Shown one piece after another: positions 28,237 to 39,500 of a stretch of 64,000 nucleotides of DNA (within the stretch, counting starts at the first letter, position 1; every line of letters begins with the position of its first letter). The notes below the pieces were generated by a model. That model was given only the letters and a program-made list of their open reading frames with translations. It had not been told where the DNA came from and ran no database searches. A program made the translations under genes and the position numbers. Source of the stretch: Phoronis australis. Lineage: Eukaryota > Animalia > Phoronida. The stretch is taken from NCBI GenBank assembly GCA_002633005.1, contig NMRA01000079.1, positions 742,077-806,076 on the forward strand. Reading direction: 5' to 3'.

Positions 28237-30089
28237 TTTGATATACCTTAAGTGTTTGTACATCCAGTTTTCACTTCATCTAGGCACAGCACCAACAAAT
28301 AACCAACAGAAATTCTTCATCACTTCACTTGAACTTCTTCCACGATTTTATTTTCATTTTGAAGTACTAAGTTGTTCAATGACAGGGAACACTTGCAGTT
28401 ATATTTGCTAATTAATGACTGTCATGGAAGGTGAACGAAAAGGAACCTTCACTCACTTGAGAGGAAAGGTACCTGTGCTTATGCCTTATCAGAGGGCATT
28501 TTTTGGCTGAGGGGAAAACTTCTGGCCCCGTCACACCACCAATTCAACCCTCACAGTCACGACTCCACATTGGCAATGCCTCAGGAAGCCAAAGCTAACG
28601 TTCTGCAGCAGTGATTCTAACCATGAGGGGAATTTGTAATCAGTGGAGAGGAATTTTGCTTGATGTTATAAAATATCTTTCAAGGGAGAATGGGTGCAAT
28701 GTTTGGAGCAACGTGCTCAGCAGAGTTGTTTACCTGATGATATTTTTTGGGAATTAAACATGTTTCCATTGATCAACAGTTTAGAATTTGTGAAGAGAAA
28801 TTATTTGCCAGTTTCTTAGTCTTTCCAACTTTCCACAATGACCGAGACGAGTATATGACAGCAAACAAGAATGTAAAAAGGTGCGTACATACTCTGCACT
28901 GTACACTGTGATCTAAAATTTTCATCTACTTCTTATTCAACAAGAAATTCAATAGGCCAGACAAGGATACATCAAGTGCATCATTAAAAAAGTTTTAAGT
29001 AGATCCAGCCACACTGGTCTGTTTATGCAGTGTATTAAACAGCTGACAACAATAGAAAGAGGAACTAACAAAAGCTTTTCAGCTCTAGACGTCTTTAATC
29101 AGTATTGATTAATACTATCATGAGGGGTCGTTATATTAGTCATCCTATACACAACTGACTGAGCATACTTTTATTGGTCTAAACTTAACTCGATGAATGC
29201 TAGCGTATCGAGCGTCTATGAATAGATCTTTGCATGTTGTGTGCAAAAAAATAACATTGATGCAGACAATCCTTTAACAAAAATATCATGATACTAACGG
29301 TCCCGAATGACCACGTTATGTAACTGATATGGCAACAAATAATGAAAATAAATATTGATCCAATTCTTATTCAGTGTTGACAGCAATGAAGGGAAATGAA
29401 ATGTCAAAGCATTGCAAACATCTACATTTCACGCTGTTTTAAAAAGTTGGCTAAAACACAAATAGAATCAGGCTTTTTTACATAAATTATTCCTCATAGT
29501 GATACAGGCCAACCCAATAAACTTGGGATCGTTGTTTCCTTTGAGTTGCTGGTGGTTTTGATGTATAGAGATAGAATCTTATTGTGAACATTGAGGAACA
29601 CTATGCCAGACTGATTTTATGAGTCTAGTACAAGGCATAATTTGATTTTCAATTTCACCAGAGGAACAAAGTTAAAATGTAGCTTTAACAGCACTTGCCA
29701 GTAGAAAGAACAACAATTTCTAAATCAAAAACAATACTCCGACAATGCAGAGTGGCCACTGAAACTTGATGACCGACTGGGTACTGGGTGGGCTACTAGT
29801 ACTATAAACCAAAGCAGTTTAAGTGCCTATGTAATACGCAGTCTCTGGAGACATTTCCAGAGTCGATTCTTTCGAAAAATATTTTCTGACCCAGTCTAAC
29901 GGCTTAAATAGTAAGCTCAACGAGCACATGTGTGCATACTGGCAACAAATGATAACATACACATGTATAGTCATACTCAATCGTGCTAACGAGTCGACCG
30001 ACAAGAATGACTCATCGGCGAGCTTGTCGGGCACCGGTTTACAAAGACTGGGAGGCTTTTACCAAAAATGTAAGAAAAAAGAATGTTAC

Positions 30090-30216
30090 CTTTAGTGATC
30101 TGTTCTAAAATCAAATCCTTGTGTTCTCTGCAAAACGGTTCACCGACAACGAGCAAAACACTGCAACCAGATAACGGACTTGGAACATTTTCTGAGACCG
30201 AATCCACTCCTGCCAT
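30090..30216 (-). CDS. futsch: futsch/MAP1-family microtubule-associated protein, coding exon 1 (MAGVDSVSENVPSPLSGCSVLLVVGEPFCREHKDLILEQITK-G)
   Basis: Translation resembles the conserved futsch/MAP1 N-terminus as I recall it (SPLxGCxLLxVxGEP...EHKDxILxxIxKG). Ends at AAAG|gtaac donor; 127 nt, phase 1, in frame with the next exon. Confidence 0.9.
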
Positions 30217-30229
30217 CTTTGAAAATGTT

Positions 30230-30489
30230 TTGAAGTCTAGACCATTTGACCTCTTGTGACCTATATGATGTCATTCACCGATGTTGTATGCGATGGTATT
30301 GGTTGAAACACAGATAAATCTGAAGGCGTCGTCCATTCACGTTCAGTGTTGGTGAACTCCCTCACACTGTAAACATGCTTTCTATTTGTCAAGCTGTGAT
30401 TATAATTTCGTTGTAATCCAATAACCACACATCGTTCACAAAGCATTAGGCCTACGCTTCCTGTGCTGTTTTGCAAAACCGTGACCACG
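30230..30489. promoter_or_regulatory. Putative bidirectional promoter / 5' region shared by futsch (-) and FEM1B (+)
   Basis: Lies between the futsch ATG (30216) and a strong + strand donor ACG|gtgagt at 30490. Contains a DR4 at 30247-30262, a CRE-like TGATGTCA at ~30266, and CCAAT boxes in opposite orientations (~30298, ~30418). TSS positions are not visible. Confidence 0.45.
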
Positions 30490-30706
30490 GTGAGTTCTGA
30501 GACTTAGAGAAAAGGGTAGGCCATATATAGGCACTTTTTCCAATAGACCTAATTTAAGTTGTAGTTAGTTTGTCATCGCCGTTTGTAGGAGTGGCGCAAA
30601 GCTTTACCAGTTTAAAAATCTACAGCATTAGTTCCCTATTCTAAAAATATAATATCAAAGTAAAAAATTATTCTGTTCAGTTGTTGAAAAATCCACATCG
30701 ACTGGT

Positions 30707-30797
30707 CACAGGCGTTCTCAGCTTCTAATAGTCCCCAGTACACTGCATACAATATATGTAGTGTATTGGGGACGATCAGAAGCTGAGGACGCCTGTG
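30707..30797. mobile_element. ~90-bp hairpin MITE, deletion derivative of the 61.2-61.9 kb foldback
   Basis: cacaggcgttctcagcttct...ccccagtacact / agtgtattgggg...agaagctgaggacgcctgtg; flanks gactggt / gactgat. Confidence 0.7.
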
Positions 30798-30834
30798 GAC
30801 TGATCGAGACTAGACCGTGTAGACAAAGCAAGTA

Positions 30835-33055
30835 GGCTCCTATCTATGGTGTCACTGCCTCTACTTAAGAGTAAAGGCGGTAGCCATCCGAATGAGCCTC
30901 CAGGCTCCATACGCCAGAAGGTTACGGCGAATTATGCCTCACAGTCACACTGTTTAAACCAAAGACAAAGTCATGTTAGCTATGTGTACCTTTTTGCACC
31001 TAGAGGAACACGTCCGTAGTCAGAGGCCGTCGATATGTGTTTATTTTAAACCCTTCCAGCTCGAACAAATACTCCCGTAACAAGGCTTATTACGGTAAGT
31101 TATTAGCCATAATCAAACTTTGTTTTTGTACATCCTTCGTTCAGTTGCTCACGGCAAATCGGAAACAGGCCATTTTTACACTGCTCGCGCCATGGGATAT
31201 ACATCAGACTTAATCCCCAGCTCTGGCGTGATGGTACCAACAAGAGATGATAGAGGACAAGACGAGACGGGACAAGGCACGAGTTGTGTAAAAATGACCA
31301 GTTGTCGATTTGGGCAACTGAACGAAAGACTCACTGCTAGGAAAAATGTATGATTACGGGAGTGTTTGTTTGGGTTAGAAGGAATATAAAGATGGTGGCG
31401 GCCTTCTAAGTTGTCTCTTTATACATAAAAGTACAGTAACCTGGCTTTGATGGTTTATTCAGTGTGAGGCATAATTTGCCGAAAAGCTTCTGGGGTATGA
31501 AGGCCCTATGGAATGTAGGCAGTGACCAGTATATTTACTGGCCAGTAGAGATGGTAGAGTTCCTATAGGCACTTCATACATGGCGAATTATGCCTCACAC
31601 TCTAAAAAATCAAGGTCATGTTGTTATGAGTACCTTTTGCGCATAGAGGGACACCTTAGGAGGCCGTTGATGTCTTTAATTCCTTCCAACTCTTGAAAAC
31701 AAATACTTTGGTAATCAATTTTTTTTTCGAGTACTCCTTCGTTCAGTTGCTCAAATTCGACATTTTTAACACTGCACGCCGGGGGCCCTGGCGAGCGCTG
31801 TGTAAAAAAATGGCCAGTTTCCGATTTTGGGAACTGAGTGAAGGACTGCTTGAAGAAAAAGTTTGATAGCGTGAGTATTTGCTCGAGTTGGAAGGCATTA
31901 AAGACATCGACGGTCTCCTAAGGTGTCCCTCTGCATAGGCGGATTTAGGGGGGCCCCCCGCTTGGCTGCCGCAAAAAAAATAAAACGGCAAGAGCGTAGG
32001 GAAATGTTGAGTTTATTAATTTGCCCCGGTAATTAAAATTATACGGATGAAAAAAGATTTAAATGTGTGCAGTTTTAGTGTTGGGGGGGGGCTCAGATCC
32101 AATTTCAAGTGTCAAATTCGGAACACGGCGCATTCGTAACGGAACTATGGCTAAGTGTAGGCTCTCCCGCGATATCCCAGGGGACCGGCATTGGCGCTGC
32201 GCACTACGACTCCGTTTCCGTTGTCTGCTCCACTGTGCGATGAAGAAAATTTACTTCATTTTTTAAAGAAAATGGAACCTGAGTGACGAAAAAACATAAG
32301 CTGCTGGTAAGATGTGAATTTTAATCGAAGCCTTAGTGAATCACTCAGAAACTCAATAATTCTCTCTTTGTCAAACCTTAACTTAAGACGATTTCCAAAG
32401 CAATCCCATCATTGTTGCCAACACGAAAAACGGATTTGGTCTTTTGGGCATTTGAATACTATTTTAAGTACAACAAATTTGTTAAGAACGGATTGCACAA
32501 AATATAAAACGTGTAATAATTATTACAAAAATAAGTAGGTTTCGCGCGCAAATGCTGTGGACCATAAACAAGTAGGTCTCTTAGTTTAAGTTTATTAGTG
32601 GTGGTGTAGTTGTAAAGCACGCGCGTCCAATCAGCCAGGTCGTGAGGGGGCAAACCCCCCCTCCCGACCTCCCCCATTCGGTGCTATGCGCATCTACAAT
32701 CGTGGTTTGCGCAAATGCTTACAGCCGGACAAAATGTTGGGCCCCCCCTTGTGATATCCTAGATCCGCCACTGCTCTGTGCGCAAAAGGTAACAACGTAA
32801 CTTTGATGTTTTAATCAGTGTGAGGCATAATTCACCGAAAAGCTTCCGGCATATGAAGCTGGCCAGTAGAGACGGTGAAGCTCCTATAGGAGCCAGCTAG
32901 AGACGGTGGTCACTGTCTAAATGAAGGACTGATAGATTACGGTAGTGTTTGTTCAAGTAAGAAGGAATTAAAGACGTCAACAATGGCCTCCTAAGTTGTA
33001 TCTCTTTGCGCAAAAAGTATATCAACTCAACTTTGATGGTTTAATCAGTGTAGGC
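30835..33055. repeat. Cluster of tandem inverted (foldback) copies of one repeat family in the putative FEM1B 5' intron
   Basis: gaattatgcctcaca (~30930, ~31585) alternates with its reverse complement tgtgaggcataatt (~31463, ~32818); ctcctataggag-type palindromic junctions; a partial extra arm at ~32920-33055. Confidence 0.7.
31934..32773. mobile_element. hAT-like non-autonomous element, 5-bp TSD ctctg
   Basis: Ends cataggcggatttagg ... ctagatccgccactg; TSD ctctg at 31929-31933 and 32774-32778. The host repeat is seen uninterrupted at ~32985-33020. Confidence 0.8.
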
Positions 33056-33234
33056 TAATTATCTACCAAGAGTCAAATACTGTTACTAAAGCCAAATGGA
33101 ATTATCTTTACCAACCGAAACCTAGTGCATTTGTTTTGGCTAATTTCCGTGGTATTTCTCCAGGTAAAAATTATCCTAACTTTTCATATGTTTGAGCTTG
33201 AATAGGGTAACTAATCCACTAGAGTTGTGCAGAC

Positions 33235-33396
33235 CAGTAGCGGATTAATAGGATGGGGGGAGCAAGGGAGTCATGCTCCCCCTAAAATTCTCTCAGATTC
33301 CATTTGGCAGTGTGGGGGTGTTAATGTCTGATGGGCGAAATCCTGGCCAATATTCTTCCTTGGCCTCCTTAACTCAAACTAATGGATCTGCCCCTG
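33235..33396. mobile_element. ~160-bp hAT-like MITE
   Basis: Ends cagtagcggatt ... ggatctgcccctg; flanks cagac / tagac. Internally homologous to 48512-48676. Confidence 0.7.
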
Positions 33397-33970
33397 TAGA
33401 CTGTTGTAAATAATAGGTGTACCTGTAAACAAAATAACAGGGGTCATACTACTCACATACAGTGGGCCTTTTGAAATTGACATGCAAGGTCAGTAAAAGC
33501 AGTTCTTTGTGAACCTTGCTCTGTCATGCAACTGTCTCAGTTGGACTTTGTGACTCAACATACTTTAAGGAAGGGTTTATGGTCCTGGCTGAGAAGGTAC
33601 TTATTTGATTACCCACTGTGGATCCATGAATGGATGAGCCAGAATGAAAGAAATTCTTTTCCAGGAATCCAACATTAAAAAATCACCAGTTTTAGTTCAC
33701 CATAAATCGTTTTCTTTTTGCCGGTGTTGTCGTGAAGTCATCTCTATAGCAGTAATTGCTTTGTTCCACAAAAAAGGACCTTGGGTGGATGTTCCTGCTA
33801 GACATCTTGTTGCTTTAAAAGATAAAGTATGCTTGGGAAGAAAGTTGTTTGATTCTAGAACATTTTTTAATGGTATATTCTTCATTGCAGCATTTTTCAT
33901 TTTTCTCATTAATTTGCCGGGGTTATCAGGTGTTGTATATAATAAAGCTATAATCATTCTATGCAGGGCA

Positions 33971-35845
33971 ATGGACTCTCTCAAGAGTAAAGTCTATCAG
34001 GCAGCAAAAGATGGCATGGCCATCACCATGTTTGCCATTTTGTGTAATCGTAACTGGTCTGAAATTGACGAAGCCCTACAGTATTACACAGAGGAAGAGG
34101 GACAGAGCGTGACGCCTTTAATCATCGCCGCACGCAATGGTCACGAGAAGGTCGTGCAGACACTTCTAAATCACTTTGAGGTTGATCTTGAGCAAACGGG
34201 AACCGTGAAGTTTGACGATTACTTGATTGAGGGTGCGACCTCATTGTGGTGTGCAGCAGGCGCTGGTCATTTCGGAGTCGTCAAAACTCTTATTGACGCG
34301 GGCTGCGACGTAAATCATGCAACCAAGTCGAGCTCCACCCCGCTGCGTGCTGCTTGTTTTGATGGTCAATTGGACATCGTGAAATATTTGGTAGAGCACA
34401 ATGCCAGAATAGATGTGCCTAATAAATATAAGAACACGTGCCTCATGATATCTTCGTACAAAGGTCACCCTGATGTTGTGAGGTATCTCTTAGAGCAGGG
34501 AGCGTGTTCCAATGAAAGAGACGAGTGCGGTGCAACAGCTTTGCACTTTGCTGCTGAGTGTGGGCACTTGTCCGTTGTTAAGTCATTGCTGGAGTACAAA
34601 GCAGAGCATTCGAGAAACGATCACGGCATGACACCACTGATGGCTGCAGCCGACAACAGTCAATCCGAAATCGTCGAATATTTGATTGGTCTGGAGGAGT
34701 GCAGTAGGTTGTCTCGTGTGGAGGCATTGGAACTCTTGGGTGCATCGTTCGCTCATGATAAAGACAATTACAACGTGGATAAGAGTTACCACTATATACG
34801 TCTCGCTATGCTTGAGCGTTTCGACGATCCCAAAGACACGTTGCCCAAACATGTGTTGCCACCTGTTGAGGCATATGAGAATCGCGTGGAGTGCATCAGC
34901 TTGGAGAAGTTTGAGAGCTACGAGCATGATTCCAACGCAATTCACATGGAGGCTCTGATCATCCGAGAGCGAATCCTGGGCAAAGAGAATCCTGAACTTC
35001 CACACCATATTGTGTTCCGTGGTGCAGTCTTTGCAGATAAAGGCTTTTTCGAGCGTTGCATTTTGCTGTGGCTGTATGCCATGGACATCCGCCGCAATTG
35101 TCAGCATTCGATAACTAAAGACTTGCTGCGGTTCGCTCAGCTCTTTTCACAGATAGTGCATTTGAAGCGTCCCGTTGACACTCAGCCATTTTTACGGGTT
35201 CTCAATTGTGCTGTGGGTGAACTAGACCGGCTTTGCAGAATACATAAGACCAACGATCAAGACAGGGCCGTAATGGACAAGGTATCAAATGTACACATAA
35301 CACTCTACCTCATTACTATTATGACTAAACTCGTTTTGACCAAGAGCGAAGAGCTTTCTCTCTGTCGTTCCGTCTATCAATTCGTGTGCTTGGATCTGCG
35401 TTTGGATAATGGTTACACTCCTCTGCACATGGCCTGTGATGGGGAAACTGTTGTGGATGACTTTCATGTCAACGATGTCGTATCATTTCCTAATGCCAGG
35501 GTGGTGAATTTACTACTAAAATGTGGCGCTAAAGTCAACGCAGTAGATGACAAACAGAACACGGCACTCCATGTAATTGTCTGTTACAATAAGCCAGTCA
35601 GTGACTTCCTGAATTTGCACTCGGTGATCACGTGTCTCGTCGAGGCCGGGGCTCACATGGATACAACCAATGGCGAAAATCTGACGCCGTATGAGAATGC
35701 GACCACCGGGGTTGCAGAGATAATACTACGTACGCTACGCAAACTTTCTTTGAAATGCATTGCAGCCCGGGCAGTAAAGAAGCACGGTGTTAACTGCAAA
35801 GGTCACATACCAATTGATTTGGAAGAATTTGTAGAAATACACTGA
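33971..35845 (+). CDS. FEM1B: Protein fem-1 homolog B (CRL2 substrate receptor; ankyrin repeats, TPR region, C-terminal VHL/BC box), 624 aa, uninterrupted CDS
   Basis: Motifs TPLIIAARNGH, GATxLWCAAGAGHF, STPLRAACFDG, CGATALHFAAE and LSLKCIAARAV...IP..LEEFV.H match FEM1B as I recall it. The ATG at 33971 sits just after a cattctatgcag acceptor ending at 33966. AATAAA at ~35876. Confidence 0.95.
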   Translation: MDSLKSKVYQAAKDGMAITMFAILCNRNWSEIDEALQYYTEEEGQSVTPLIIAARNGHEKVVQTLLNHFEVDLEQTGTVKFDDYLIEGATSLWCAAGAGHFGVVKTLIDAGCDVNHATKSSSTPLRAACFDGQLDIVKYLVEHNARIDVPNKYKNTCLMISSYKGHPDVVRYLLEQGACSNERDECGATALHFAAECGHLSVVKSLLEYKAEHSRNDHGMTPLMAAADNSQSEIVEYLIGLEECSRLSRVEALELLGASFAHDKDNYNVDKSYHYIRLAMLERFDDPKDTLPKHVLPPVEAYENRVECISLEKFESYEHDSNAIHMEALIIRERILGKENPELPHHIVFRGAVFADKGFFERCILLWLYAMDIRRNCQHSITKDLLRFAQLFSQIVHLKRPVDTQPFLRVLNCAVGELDRLCRIHKTNDQDRAVMDKVSNVHITLYLITIMTKLVLTKSEELSLCRSVYQFVCLDLRLDNGYTPLHMACDGETVVDDFHVNDVVSFPNARVVNLLLKCGAKVNAVDDKQNTALHVIVCYNKPVSDFLNLHSVITCLVEAGAHMDTTNGENLTPYENATTGVAEIILRTLRKLSLKCIAARAVKKHGVNCKGHIPIDLEEFVEIH

Positions 35846-36260
35846 GCAATTGCAACAAGGAGCAGTGTTTGTCATAATAAATATTTATTTGATCAATAGA
35901 GTTTGAGCCAGTTATTTGACACCTGAGGATACATAAACCTTCAATGACGTTTGCCCAAAACACATGTATATTTTGGCACACACAATTCACCATGCAGCAC
36001 AAAGTATAGTGGAACTGCTTTGTTACAGCTCTTTGTTGTAATGAAAGGTGCCTATAGCCAAATTGACCAACAGTGCAGTTGATTTGAACTTGTGGCATGA
36101 AACTCGTTAAGAGAGGCAATGCAGTAAACCAGGTTTGTTAAAATACAGTTTGACTGTATGGAGTTCCAGCAATTAGCAACCAACACATCCGACTCGCACA
36201 GCAGCAAAACTATCTAAGAAAAGGGTAAAATTTAAATACTGTGGAACTTGAATAAGCCAC

Positions 36261-36330
36261 ATGTGCACTTAAGTCTAGATGTGCACTGAAGTCTAGATGT
36301 GCACTTAAATCTGTATGTGCACTTAAGTCT
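36261..36330. repeat. 18-bp tandem repeat x4 downstream of FEM1B
   Basis: atgtgcacttaagtctag units. Confidence 0.8.
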
Positions 36331-37365
36331 CATCAGGATCAGCAGTATAGTTGTTAAAGAATATTTTTGTACACTTAGCATTTGAGATAAGTGGAGCGAA
36401 ATTTCATTGACAGTTTGGATCCAACAAAAGTTAGTTTTACCTCACCAGCAACAACTTGGACGTAATGTTTGTACCACACAGTACGCTTCATACCTTTTTA
36501 TTGTTATACACAATGGTACTTGCCATTTAGGTCGACACTAATGTCACCCAGAATAGGCAAACGGCTTTGAAGCCAAAAAAGCAAAGTTGGATCTAGTCTT
36601 AACCCCCAAACTCATTTTGAGACCTGTGCTCACTGTCTGAGAAAAAAAATCTGCTTATATCAATTTCAAGCACCTCTGCTTGTATCAATTTCAAGCACGT
36701 CTGCATGATTTTTTCAAGAGCTGTTGCATAAGGGTAGTACACAAAAGGGTTTTTAATGTCGAGATTGGCAGAGCGACGAGTAAACAAAAACAAATCTTGC
36801 ATCATTTTTGTTTGTCTGGCAGATTCTCTTTCCTGAAATAGTGAGCAACAAAAAAATTACCGCATCAAGATTCTCAAAAAAGACCAGAACTAATTTTGCT
36901 TTGGCCTTATCCAATTAATTTAAATATTAACTAAATGACTGTGCACATTGTACATACATGTACAATAGAATGATAATCGTACAAAATGTCAGGTGAAGTG
37001 TCAATCCAGCTACTCCTGTAGTGAACTACTTTTGCACTCCGCCGGCGCAACAGAAACCTGGGTTATTATTCAGATTGTTTTTGGCATGCACTGCATCAAA
37101 TTTCCCTTTAAAACTTTTGAGTCACATCTGGACAAGTGAAATTTATTTTGTAAAACTTCTGAATAACAAAAACAAGGATTAAGAAAATTTTTAGTCCAAC
37201 GCTAACTTGGATTGATCCGAGTAGCTGTCAAGAAAACATTTGACAAAAACTTCAACAACAAGGGAGCTAAAAGTAGAAAATTCTAGCAATTAATTTTCTG
37301 TGAAATGAGTGAAGAATTAAACGGTTGGTGATTGCACTATTCATCCACAGCCAGAGAAAACGACG

Positions 37366-37516
37366 CTACCTAAGCTTTAGCCATTCACTCAAGGCAAACT
37401 TAGTCCCTGTACTGACACGCTCTACATCAATGCCATCTGGTGGTGCCCTATGTAGCAATACAGAGGTATCCATCTTGGATTCTTCAGGACTGCCGTTTTC
37501 ATTCATAACTGTCATG
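37366..37516 (-). CDS. NUDT17: NUDT17 last coding exon (...DVERVSTGTKFALSEWLKLR*); total protein ~296 aa
   Basis: ttacag acceptor, phase 2. ERVSTGTKFAL..WL motif, TAG stop at 37368-37366, candidate AATAAA on the - strand at ~37142-37147. Confidence 0.92.
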
Positions 37517-38720
37517 CTGTAATTAGACATCAACAAAAGAAAATCAGAGAATCTTGACACGAGAGGAGTTTGTAAAAATGTATCTAAATATAGTAGAGTC
37601 TAATAGCAAAATCAAAGAATACAAATATGTGTTAGTCATTTGTAAAATGGACACTGCAAGTTATCTAAGCTATAAACCAACGAGGATGCAGGCTGAAGCA
37701 TAGCTGGACCCAAACAAGGCGGCTAAAATTCAACTTAATTTTTTTATGTGTCATACATCAAATCGAAACACCTGTTTTGACCTGGGTACAAAAAATACCG
37801 AGGCAGCATATGACGTTGCATTCTCTAACAATAATCACAGACCGTATTTTTACAGGGACCCTAACAGCACCTCGTACTTCGTCAATAGATTTTGTACAAG
37901 TCAAGAAGCCTATTTTTTTAGAAAATCTTATCGAAGGTCTTGTAGTGTAAAGTAGATTTTATTACCACTTGGTGATGGCTTTACGTCTAACATTCGAAAA
38001 TATTAAATGATACATTGTAAACTAAAACTGGTAATGTTTCGCATAGTTTGGCAGATGAATGATTTTAGTAACTCTTTGAAACATGGTAGATAATTGTAAT
38101 GCTGGATAATAGAGTATAGGAACACTTAACAATCAACTAGATTGATATCTGAATTTAGCCTCGATTTAGAAACCATCCTCACCTGAAGAGGAAACCAAAT
38201 GAGAGGGTTTTGCATGATGAGAGCACAAAAGCGTCTTTTGCTTAAACCAATTTCTAATCCTGGTGTACAAAATGACAGAGTTGACAGGGACAAAATGCAA
38301 TTTCTTTTCTTTTGTGACAATGGAAATTTTTGCATGGATTATTTGAATAATACAAACAAATAACAACTGAAAGGTAATTTGATAATTTAGTGATCACAAA
38401 GAATTTATAAAAATGCTGGAATATATCTAACTTTATTAAATCCAAGAATGCAGTATGTTATTCACCAACTACACTATCACCATCTAATGCCAGGCTGCAT
38501 TTCACCATGTCACCACTATATCGAAAAATGGCTATTAAAGTTGAAATGTACTCTTAAATCATTGTATATCTTCATTTTTGTAAAAGTAAAACCAATCTCT
38601 TTTGCTTTAGTAACTAGTAGGTAATACATAATTTCCATATTTGAACCCACATTTCGGAAGAAACGCACCTTAAGGAATTTCCCCAGTATTTGACGAGACT
38701 GCAACGCATACAAAACTTAC

Positions 38721-38962
38721 GATAGAACTGGAGGAAGGTCATCACGTGACCCTGTGTTGTTTGCATCCTCGTCAGAGGTCAACACTACTGCCTCCACCAC
38801 ATTCCGACTTAACCATGTGCACGCGTCCGTCTCACTGGCATCAAGTCTAATCTGACTGTTCATATGCTCTGCCGTATTGGGAGGCGTCAACTTGGCGTGT
38901 AGATATACTACAATGTGGTGTCGTCGTGGTAGGCCGAGGCTAAGTCTGTAGGGAAATGAGGA
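38721..38962 (-). CDS. NUDT17: NUDT17 coding exon 5 (SSFPYRLSLGLPRRHHIVVYL...DLPPVL)
   Basis: tttttcag acceptor, gtaag donor; 242 nt, phase 0-2. LSxGLP..HHIVxYL motif. Confidence 0.92.
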
Positions 38963-39400
38963 CTGAAAAACAGAATCATATTGAAAAATTTATGTTCCAT
39001 AATAATTGTTAGTTTGAGTTCAAAAGTTCCTACTGATGAGCAAGCATGAGACACTTCGCATAGGCCCAGTATGTGGTGTAGTTTCCAAACGACAAAACTT
39101 GGCAGGTATTAAGTACAACAGGCTAAGTTTGAAACGAGATGTATGGCTTATTATAATCATCAGACTCCACTTGGTTCCAACAGCATCACCTTGTAAAGTC
39201 TTAGAAACCAATTGAAATTGCTTGCATACCGCGCAATGGAAGTTGATTGATGCAGAAAGTGACAGTTATTTATAATAAGTAGTCAGGAGATGCCAAAAAT
39301 TTTATGAGTTTTCTTCAGTTTCATTGTTCAGCATTAACAGACCTCTTCAATAGCAACAACCATATGAGAATCAGTGCAGGCAGCGAAACAATAAGAGTTG

Positions 39401-39500
39401 TAGTTGGATGTAACATGCCCGCATGTTGAGAACCAGTTCTCTTCACTGAATAACAGGCAACAAACTGGTTCTCAAAATGTGGGCACGTTATGTCTGACTA
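39401..39500. mobile_element. 100-bp hairpin MITE with TAG...CTA ends and 3-bp TSD ttg (Academ-like)
   Basis: tagttggatgtaacatgcccgcatgttgagaaccagtt / aactggttctcaaaatgtgggcacgttatgtctgacta; ttg on both sides; in NUDT17 intron 4. Confidence 0.6.

Noticed and set aside
28041-28241. 66-aa ORF
   Set aside because: Lies within the MITE copy and is not evidently conserved in the paralogous copy.
33644-33970. 109-aa N-terminal extension of FEM1B in the ORF track (733 aa)
   Set aside because: AT-rich, with no FEM1 similarity. A splice acceptor at 33966 precedes the ATG at 33971, which gives human-like residue numbering; most likely open intron sequence.
34241-35467. Antisense and alternate-frame ORFs inside FEM1B (similarly inside the GT31 gene)
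   Set aside because: Shadow ORFs of a real CDS with no recognisable motifs.
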